A DNA stretch of 13,776 bases, from NCBI GenBank assembly GCA_051746725.1, contig JBNJFI010000057.1, forward strand, positions 1 to 13,776, written 5' to 3'. Origin of the DNA: Fusobacteriota bacterium (GTDB taxonomy: Bacteria; Fusobacteriota; Fusobacteriia; Fusobacteriales; JBNJFI01). Shown here one piece after another: positions 1-6,780 of the stretch (position 1 is its first letter; each line of letters begins with the position of its first letter). A program made the position numbers and the translations under genes. The notes below the pieces were generated by a model. It was not told the DNA's origin and made no database searches. It saw only the letters and a list, made by a program, of their open reading frames with translations.

Positions 1-1
1 A

Positions 2-1285
2 GGTATTTATATCTAAATTAAAAGTCATATCAGAAATCGGTTTATATGATAATCCATTTGTTAAAATCATAGATCTATCTACTAAGTTTACCATCCCATT
101 TACCTTATAGGTCATATCATTATCTATAAACTTACCAATTGATCCAAAAAAGGCTGTATAATATTTACTATTTGAATAAGGTTCATATTGATTTTGGATA
201 AAATTAATTTTTAAATTATTATTATTTTTTAATCTCTCAAAAATGTTCTCCTCATATCCCACATGATTATAATAAAACTCCCCTGTAATATTTATTCTAT
301 CTGTTATATCTCCATGATCAAATGATCTAGTAAACCCTGTACTAATTTTAGGAACCCAGCCATTGGCTGCCTTTTTCATTTCTAAATAATCATAATCTAT
401 AATGGATATCTCACTTCCATGATTTAAACTCATCTCTCCCCTAAAATCAAAGTCACTTATTCTAGATGATATATCTACACCATATATTGGTTTCTTATCT
501 TTTTTGAGCCAAGACGATACAGACATCTCAGTATTTTTTACTAAAAACTCATATTTTCCTGAAACAGTCATATCTCCAGGATTATCAGACTGATTAACAT
601 TTAAAAAACCATATAAATTTCCAGATACTCCAAATGGAATATGCCCTTTTATACCATAAACCCCTTCTCTAGAACTATCCATATCTAAAAAACTTTTCTT
701 TTCGATATTAATGACATCAGTTGGATTCCAAAAATATCCTCTTCCCCATTTTAAAACCTGTTTTCCTGTTCTAAAATAGATCTTATTCTCCCAGTTGTAA
801 TCCAGAAAAAACTCCTTCAGAATCAATTCTGTTATAACTTCATCCTCATACGGAAGTATATCTGTATCAAGTCCCAGCTGGCTTATATCTATGTCTTTCT
901 GTTTAGCCTTCCCTGCCGGGTAATAATATAGGGCTGCATTCATAAAACTCTTTATTCCGTTTTCCAACCTAACATCCATCATTATATTTCCTTGGATTGT
1001 ATTATTTACCTTGTTTTCTGTTAACTCATCTGTTGATATCCAAGCTTTATCTAGATCACTTTTTGAATATCCATTTATTGTTTCAACTGTTCCTGATATA
1101 CCCAGGGTTTCCTCTTGGACAATATCAATTTCATCACTTACTACATCTTCCTCCTCTACCATAACAGTATCTTCGGAAAACATCCCCTCTTCTGAAAACA
1201 TATCATCTTCACCCATACCAAAATCATCCTGGGCATTCAAAAAAGAGGTCATTATTATCATAATTAGGATTACCTTTTTTGACAT
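2..1285 (-). CDS. Putative outer-membrane beta-barrel protein (DUF1302-like/porin-like), 3'-truncated by the window edge (>=428 aa)
   Basis: Hand translation from ATG at 1285 (RBS AGGAGGGAGG at 1291-1300, 14 nt after the upstream stop) stays open to the window edge: MSKKVILIMIIMTSFLNA|QDDFGMGEDDMFSEE...LKEFFLDYNWENKIYFRTGKQVLKWGRGYFWNPTDVIN...MTFNLDINT. It has a Sec-type signal peptide, many amphipathic aromatic-rich strands, and a G-K/R-Q-x3-WG-x5-NPTD motif (716-766) like that of DUF1302-type barrels. The ORF track misses it because there is no stop in the window. Confidence 0.8.
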   Translation of the reverse strand, partial: MSKKVILIMIIMTSFLNAQDDFGMGEDDMFSEEGMFSEDTVMVEEEDVVSDEIDIVQEETLGISGTVETINGYSKSDLDKAWISTDELTENKVNNTIQGNIMMDVRLENGIKSFMNAALYYYPAGKAKQKDIDISQLGLDTDILPYEDEVITELILKEFFLDYNWENKIYFRTGKQVLKWGRGYFWNPTDVINIEKKSFLDMDSSREGVYGIKGHIPFGVSGNLYGFLNVNQSDNPGDMTVSGKYEFLVKNTEMSVSSWLKKDKKPIYGVDISSRISDFDFRGEMSLNHGSEISIIDYDYLEMKKAANGWVPKISTGFTRSFDHGDITDRINITGEFYYNHVGYEENIFERLKNNNNLKINFIQNQYEPYSNSKYYTAFFGSIGKFIDNDMTYKVNGMVNLVDRSMILTNGLSYKPISDMTFNLDINT

Positions 1286-1299
1286 AGCTTCCTCCCTCC

Positions 1300-2058
1300 T
1301 TACTTACTTAAGTTTTCTAAATATGCTTTTGTAAATACATGATCTGGAATATCTTTTATGGAGATATTCTTTATTTCAACCATTGTTTTATTCCCTTTCT
1401 CAAACTCATCTATAAACATACCTTTTACCCATAGATATTTATCTCTTATTTTAGTATATTTCAAAAAGTATGAAGTTTGCATAAGTGTTCCATTACTCGA
1501 AAAACTTTGAGTTTTCAAAGGAAGATAATTATCCTGTCTTACCCAGTGTGTTTGTATAGGATAAGTTACATCTTCAACCTTTGCCTCTAATTCGATTTTA
1601 TATACTGGTATTTTTCCTAGCTTTGTTTCTTCTATAATTTGATTTCCCTGTTCATCTTTTTTGGGTTTATATAACTCACTTAATTTCCTCTCTTCAAAAT
1701 CTCCCCCTGATGTATCTGTTCCAGCTATACTCTCATCTCTATTTATATGCTGAAACGTTCTAGTATTTCTTCTATACATCCAGAAGTTATCTTCAACCCT
1801 TAAATATCCATTGCCTTTATCTACCTCGGGAGAAGTCATTATAATAAGAAATGAATCATCACTATCTCTTCTATAATATATAGATTTTAAAACCTTAACT
1901 CCTTCACCAACTTTCTTTTGTGTAATATTCACGTTTGCTGTTCCATCTGTTTTTAACTCTGTAATATAATCTAGTTTTTCCATTACCTCTTCCACATCAG
2001 GTAAGGCAAACATATTAATTGAAATAAGTAAAAAAAGTAAAAATTTAATTTTTCTCAT
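1300..2058 (-). CDS. Periplasmic LolA-like 'outer membrane lipoprotein-sorting protein' family protein
   Basis: 252 aa with signal peptide MRKIKFLLFLLISINMFA| and no lipobox Cys. Segments SPEVDKGNGYL, FWMY...HI and GTDTSGGDF match the P-x2-D-x-G-x3-L / W-x-Y / G-[ST]-D-x4-D pattern of LolA-like proteins, with a typical ...IPDHVFTKAYL C-terminus. RBS GAGGAGGAG. Confidence 0.85.
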   Translation of the reverse strand: MRKIKFLLFLLISINMFALPDVEEVMEKLDYITELKTDGTANVNITQKKVGEGVKVLKSIYYRRDSDDSFLIIMTSPEVDKGNGYLRVEDNFWMYRRNTRTFQHINRDESIAGTDTSGGDFEERKLSELYKPKKDEQGNQIIEETKLGKIPVYKIELEAKVEDVTYPIQTHWVRQDNYLPLKTQSFSSNGTLMQTSYFLKYTKIRDKYLWVKGMFIDEFEKGNKTMVEIKNISIKDIPDHVFTKAYLENLSK

Positions 2059-2085
2059 GTTCTCCTCCTCTTTTTTGATCGCTTT

Positions 2086-3813
2086 CTATTCGTAATGTCT
2101 CAAAGCATCTGCAGCTGACATCTTTGCAGCTCGTCTTGCAGGAAAATATGCTGTTATTATTGCTATTAGAAGTATAAAAGTTAAGTTTATAGCTATTGAC
2201 TGAGGATTTATTTTAAAGAATATATGTCCATCCTTTAAAATCATACTCAAAGCATTATCTAGCTTAAGTTCCAGTGAACTTAATGCTTTCATAACTCCTA
2301 TAGCTGCTATTATACCGACTATACAACTAAATAGTGTAAGCAAAAAAGTTTCCATTATAAATACATTTCTTACATCTCTTTTTTGCATTCCTATTGCTCT
2401 TATTGTTCCTATCTCACGGGTTCTATCTTTAATGGTCATTCTTAAAGAGTTTATTACTCCTATTAATATTATAAAGAAAAGTATCATACCTGCAAAAACA
2501 GTAATCAAATTTAATATCTGTTCCATCTGTAATATTTGACTTGCTCCTTCATACATTGTTATTACATCTAATTTTGCTCTATTACTTTTCTCTTTTCTAT
2601 CTTTTTTGTATTTTTGTTGTATTCCCTTATTATCCTCACTTCTATCAAATAGTTTCCACTCTAGAGCCATAAGATCATATAACTCATTACTCTCTTTTAT
2701 ATAATCCCAATTAGTATTTTTAGGAAGATATCTATTATATTTTTTAGTTATTGCCTCTTCATTTAGTAAAACTATATTTTTACCTAACTTAGTATCTGAT
2801 TTAAATACCCCATCTAGCTCGAACTTTTCCGTGTGTTTTCCTCTATATTTTGTCATATAAGAAAACTCAAACTCTTCACCGACCTCTAAATCTAGCTCAC
2901 GTGCTAAATCTTTAGAAACCATTATTCCTTTTTTATCTAATGCTTCTTCAGGGTCTCCAGATATAACCTCTATATTTTCTAACAACTCCTCTTTTTTGCT
3001 ATTTTTATATGCAAAAATTTCTGTATCTTTATCTTTTATTTGACCTACTATTGAAAGTATATTTGGCTTTAATTTTTTGTGGATAGCATCAGCGTATTTT
3101 TTAGCATTTTGTTTAGGATTTTTTAGAGTTAACTGTATATCTGCAGACTGCCAAGGCTTGTAGTCTAAAACTTCTTTTACTCTATCAGCTGCCATAAACA
3201 AAACAATATCCATAAAACTATTATTTGCATTAGCCACAGCTATTATTGTTAGACGAACAGCCTTCATCTGTCCTAAAACACTTGGTACTCTAGCATTAAC
3301 TGTGTCTCCCAATCCTACATTTAAAGATCTTGCTTTAGTTTCAGAAATTATTATTGGATATTTTATACTTTTGCTGTTAAAGTTTTCAAAATCTCCCTCA
3401 ACTAGGGTGAAAAAATCTTCAAAAAAGCCTTCTTTCTGATCTTCTGTTTCAGCTTTAACTCCAACTACAAATATATTATCTGCCTCACCATTGCCGATTC
3501 CCCTTCCGAATATCCCTAAATTTTCAGCATATTCCACTATATCTTCTTCGGGGACACTCTCTTTTATGGCTTTTAATACTCTCTCCTTATCACTAATCAT
3601 AGAGTAATATGAGCTCCCTACATTACCGCTTACAACTGTATGTCCAAAGGCATAAGATATTACATCATTTATCAGAACATCTACCATTCCATGTGAAAAT
3701 GAATTTGCTATTACTAAAATCATCATACCAAATCCAATTCCAATCCCTAAAAATAGACTTCGCCTTTTTTGCCTCAATATATTTCTCAAACTTATTTTAG
3801 TTATCAGTCCCAT
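2086..3813 (-). CDS. FtsX/MacB/LolC-E-like (type VII) ABC transporter permease, 575 aa, with duplicated periplasmic subdomain
   Basis: N-terminal KISLRNILRQKRRS plus TM1, a large periplasmic domain, then TM2, coupling helix DRTREIGTIRAIGM, TM3, TM4, ending PARRAAKMSAADALRHYE. RBS GGGAGG. Confidence 0.92.
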   Translation of the reverse strand: MGLITKISLRNILRQKRRSLFLGIGIGFGMMILVIANSFSHGMVDVLINDVISYAFGHTVVSGNVGSSYYSMISDKERVLKAIKESVPEEDIVEYAENLGIFGRGIGNGEADNIFVVGVKAETEDQKEGFFEDFFTLVEGDFENFNSKSIKYPIIISETKARSLNVGLGDTVNARVPSVLGQMKAVRLTIIAVANANNSFMDIVLFMAADRVKEVLDYKPWQSADIQLTLKNPKQNAKKYADAIHKKLKPNILSIVGQIKDKDTEIFAYKNSKKEELLENIEVISGDPEEALDKKGIMVSKDLARELDLEVGEEFEFSYMTKYRGKHTEKFELDGVFKSDTKLGKNIVLLNEEAITKKYNRYLPKNTNWDYIKESNELYDLMALEWKLFDRSEDNKGIQQKYKKDRKEKSNRAKLDVITMYEGASQILQMEQILNLITVFAGMILFFIILIGVINSLRMTIKDRTREIGTIRAIGMQKRDVRNVFIMETFLLTLFSCIVGIIAAIGVMKALSSLELKLDNALSMILKDGHIFFKINPQSIAINLTFILLIAIITAYFPARRAAKMSAADALRHYE

Positions 3814-3825
3814 TATTTAACCTCC

Positions 3826-5349
3826 CTAATTTCTTGAAATAGCATCCAGGGGAACTATCTTTGAAACTACTCTCAAAGGATAAATCACCGCTAGAAGAGT
3901 AACGATTATAAGTTCCAAGATTCCAATTCCTAAATCAAAACTGGTAATAATAGGACTTAAAACTTCTCCTCCAAATACTATCTGAGCAAATTCATTTGTT
4001 GTCGTTATATCTAAACTACTTAGTATATAAACTATTATTATTCCTACTATCATTCCTAATCCACCAAAAAAGAAAGATAACAGTCCTGTTTCTGATAAAA
4101 ACATTCTTCTCAGGAAAGATTTCTGAGCTCCAACTGCTCTCATCATTGCTATTTCAGGTATTCTTTCCAAAGCAGCCATACTCAAAGTATTCATTATTAC
4201 AATTATTGCTACAAAAAAGATAAACATTGTAAATGTAAAGAGAGCTCCTCTTATTAAACTAGTCATACTTCCTATTGTCCCTACAGCTTTTTTCCAATCA
4301 ACTGCACGTACTCCTAGCCCCTCTTTTTTGAAAGTTTCATTCAACTGTTTTATTGCATTCTTTTTTGTATCGCTATTTTTTAATTTTACAAACATCAGAT
4401 TATAACTTCCACTATCCAGATCTATATTTTTGTTTTCTCGTTTTGTTTCACTTTTTAATTCTTCAAACGTTACGCTTTCATCTACTAAGGTAGAATCATC
4501 AAAAACATCTCCTGATTCAAACATAGTATCTAAATTTTCAGACCCCATTAATTGTTCTTCTTCCGCTGAAAGTTCTACTTTGCTATCTGCACCTGTAATA
4601 TAATTATGAGCTTCTCTAAAGGATTCTATATCAACTATATTATAAACTCCCCAAAATTTATTTAGCGCATTATACTTGAATATCCCTTTAACTGGAATTT
4701 TTATATCTCTTGTAGAGTTTGAAGTTGTTGCTCCCATTATAATCATATCTCTTCTTATCTCAAGCTCTTCCCACTCTTCTAAATCTTCAGGTTTTGCTGT
4801 CTCCTCTTCTGATACTCCTTCTGGTACCAGCCAAAAGTCCATAAAATCATAGGCAGATTTTCTGGATTCACTTGAAACCAAGACTCCCCTCTCTCCTTTT
4901 TTAAGTTCTCTTCCCTCTAAGATTTCTATGTTACCTGGAAACATCTCTCGATATCTTCTTATATCGGCTCCTATCAAAAAAGTGTTTCCCATCTCTCCGT
5001 TGGGATTAAATACAAAAACCATACCTGCAGTTGCAGGAAGAAATCTATTAATACTAGAGTCTTTTTTGATAACTTTTTCTATCTTTTCATAGTCTTTTAT
5101 GACTTTTAATGGTTTTGCATTCATCATATCCATTAAAACATTATCTTTTTGCTGTTCATCAGAAATTATCAATATATCACCTGTAAAAGAATTTACGATA
5201 TTCTTTTGAAGCCCTTTTTTCATTCCTGAAATCATTCCATTTCCCATGGTCATGAAAAAGGCGCCTAAAAAAAGTATTATTCCTATTACAATGCTTTTAC
5301 CTTTGTGCCTCCAAATGTTTCTCCAGGCAATCTTAAATGCTATACTCAT
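3826..5349 (-). CDS. FtsX/MacB/LolC-E-like (type VII) ABC transporter permease, 507 aa, with acidic periplasmic insertions
   Basis: N-terminal KIAWRNIWRHKGKS plus TM1, periplasmic domain (ILEGRELKKGERGVLVS), coupling helix ERIPEIAMMRAVGA, three C-terminal TMs, ending YPLRVVSKIVPLDAISRN. RBS AAGGGGGG. Confidence 0.92.
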   Translation of the reverse strand: MSIAFKIAWRNIWRHKGKSIVIGIILFLGAFFMTMGNGMISGMKKGLQKNIVNSFTGDILIISDEQQKDNVLMDMMNAKPLKVIKDYEKIEKVIKKDSSINRFLPATAGMVFVFNPNGEMGNTFLIGADIRRYREMFPGNIEILEGRELKKGERGVLVSSESRKSAYDFMDFWLVPEGVSEEETAKPEDLEEWEELEIRRDMIIMGATTSNSTRDIKIPVKGIFKYNALNKFWGVYNIVDIESFREAHNYITGADSKVELSAEEEQLMGSENLDTMFESGDVFDDSTLVDESVTFEELKSETKRENKNIDLDSGSYNLMFVKLKNSDTKKNAIKQLNETFKKEGLGVRAVDWKKAVGTIGSMTSLIRGALFTFTMFIFFVAIIVIMNTLSMAALERIPEIAMMRAVGAQKSFLRRMFLSETGLLSFFFGGLGMIVGIIIVYILSSLDITTTNEFAQIVFGGEVLSPIITSFDLGIGILELIIVTLLAVIYPLRVVSKIVPLDAISRN

Positions 5350-5359
5350 TTTACCCCCC

Positions 5360-6031
5360 TTATACTAATAATCCATCTTTTATCTCAACCTTGCTTTTAG
5401 CATATTTTAACACTTCTGGATCATGTGTTGAAAATATAAAAGTAGTTTTTTCTATCTCATTGAGTTTTTTCATAAGTTCTAAAATACCATTACTTGTAAC
5501 AGAATCTAAGTTTGCTGTAGGTTCATCTGCTAAAACTATATCTGGATTTGTTACCAAGGCTCTGGCTATTGCAACTCTTTGTCTTTGGCCACCTGAAAGT
5601 TCCGAAGGTTTATGATCTATATATTTTGTTAAACCAACTTCTTCTACTAATTTATTTACTCTACTTTTTATCTCTTTTTTTGAAATGTTTTTCATGAGCA
5701 ATAAAGGAAATTCAACATTTTCTCTTACGTTTAATACTGGTATTAAATTAAAAGTTTGAAATATAAATCCTATTTTATTTAATCTTATATTAGTAACTTG
5801 TTTATCTTTTAGCTCTGTGACCTCCTCTTCATGGATCTTGATATTTCCCGAAGTAGGTTTATCTATACAACCTATTAAGTTAAGTAAAGTCGTCTTACCA
5901 CTTCCTGATGGCCCTACAATGGAAAAAAAATCTCCTTGTTTTACATCTAGATTTATTCCTTTTAGTGCTTCTACTGTTGTTTCTCCCAATGAATAATTTT
6001 TTTTAACATTTTTTAATTCTATCACATTCAT
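5360..6031 (-). CDS. ABC transporter ATP-binding protein, LolD/MacB/FtsE family
   Basis: Walker A GPSGSGKTT, Q-loop IGFIFQTFNL, signature LSGGQRQR, Walker B/D-loop IVLADEPTANLD, H-switch STHD. Stand-alone 223-aa NBD and first gene of the operon. Confidence 0.96.
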   Translation of the reverse strand: MNVIELKNVKKNYSLGETTVEALKGINLDVKQGDFFSIVGPSGSGKTTLLNLIGCIDKPTSGNIKIHEEEVTELKDKQVTNIRLNKIGFIFQTFNLIPVLNVRENVEFPLLLMKNISKKEIKSRVNKLVEEVGLTKYIDHKPSELSGGQRQRVAIARALVTNPDIVLADEPTANLDSVTSNGILELMKKLNEIEKTTFIFSTHDPEVLKYAKSKVEIKDGLLV

Positions 6032-6102
6032 TTTAATCCCCTTCCCTTCCTGTTAATTATTTAATTATATTATACAATATTTTTTCTTTTTATCTAGAAA
6101 TA

Positions 6103-6111
6103 ATTATAGCA
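6103..6111 (-). promoter_or_regulatory. Candidate extended -10 sigma70 promoter for the ABC/LolA-like/barrel operon
   Basis: The minus strand reads TGCTATAAT (perfect TGnTATAAT) about 70 nt upstream of the ATPase start. There is no good -35. Further TATAAT copies occur at 6069-6074 and 6064-6069. Confidence 0.5.
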
Positions 6112-6149
6112 TTAAAAATATTAAAAAATCCTTAAATTTTTAAAAAAAA

Positions 6150-6178
6150 TTTACTTATTTAAAATTATAAGTTATAAT
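6150..6178 (+). promoter_or_regulatory. Candidate sigma70 promoter for the 143-aa ORF
   Basis: TTTACT (6150-6155), 17-nt spacer, TATAAT (6173-6178); RBS AGGGAGG at 6221-6227. Confidence 0.5.
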
Positions 6179-6234
6179 ATTATTGAATGTACATATCATT
6201 TAAAATTTCAAACTATTTATAGGGAGGTAATATT

Positions 6235-6666
6235 ATGTCGATAATAACTCTAAATCTTAATTTAGAAAAAATTCAAAAGTTAATTAATGAATGGGATGAA
6301 AACTATCAAAAAGAATTTGAAAAACGCTACAAAGAAGAATTCGAAGAAGAGGTAGACAAATTTGTCAAAGATCTTTTAACCGAAAAATATCTCGAGAAAA
6401 TAAAATGTAAAACAGGGGTAAGTCTTCGATGTGCTCAAAATGCCATGGAAACAGTTTTAATGTTTATTACTAAAGAAGATGTAGGGACAAAATATTCTGT
6501 GGAAGTAGATAATGAAAAATATATTGCTGAAGTTGTTAGTGAAGATAAAATTATTATCTGGGATGGCGATAGAGAGTTGAAATTAAATGAAAATACAAAA
6601 AAGGTTTATTATGATATCTCTGAGAAATTAGAAATTATTTTAATAAAGAGCTTTAGGAGTAGATAA
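6235..6666 (+). CDS. Hypothetical protein (143 aa, Glu/Lys-rich, likely cytoplasmic)
   Basis: ATG with strong RBS AGGGAGG 7 nt upstream, a candidate promoter and a downstream terminator. It occupies a gap with no competing ORF. No family motif recognised. Confidence 0.85.
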   Translation: MSIITLNLNLEKIQKLINEWDENYQKEFEKRYKEEFEEEVDKFVKDLLTEKYLEKIKCKTGVSLRCAQNAMETVLMFITKEDVGTKYSVEVDNEKYIAEVVSEDKIIIWDGDRELKLNENTKKVYYDISEKLEIILIKSFRSR

Positions 6667-6693
6667 AGAAGTTATAATTATAATATATTTAAT

Positions 6694-6733
6694 TATAAAA
6701 ACTCTGTAAGATTATTTATACAGAGTTTTTATA
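6694..6733. terminator. Bidirectional intrinsic terminator between the convergent orphan gene and sbcC
   Basis: Perfect 15-bp inverted repeat TATAAAAACTCTGTA (6694-6708) / TACAGAGTTTTTATA (6719-6733) with a 10-nt loop and a T-run on each strand. Confidence 0.85.
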
Positions 6734-6780
6734 TAATTTGATCATGTAAGTATCTTTATAGTCTACCTTTTTTGTTATAC

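Noticed and set aside
1011..1334. 107-aa plus-strand Ser-rich ORF
   Set aside because: Antisense shadow of the barrel gene's acidic N-terminus (GAA/GAT codons give Ser on the opposite strand); no RBS.
3609..5615. Plus-strand ORFs 3609-3800, 3996-4223 and 5337-5615
   Set aside because: Short, antisense to well-supported ABC genes, with no evident RBS or motifs.
2086..6031. Naming the ABC genes lolC/lolD/lolE or macB
   Set aside because: Same superfamily, but the enlarged periplasmic domains and barrel partner mean orthology cannot be asserted without phylogeny. No MacA-like adaptor or TolC is in view.
6672..6698. TTATAATTA...TAATTATAA inverted repeat overlapping the terminator arm
   Set aside because: A/T-only 9-mer, expected by chance at this composition.
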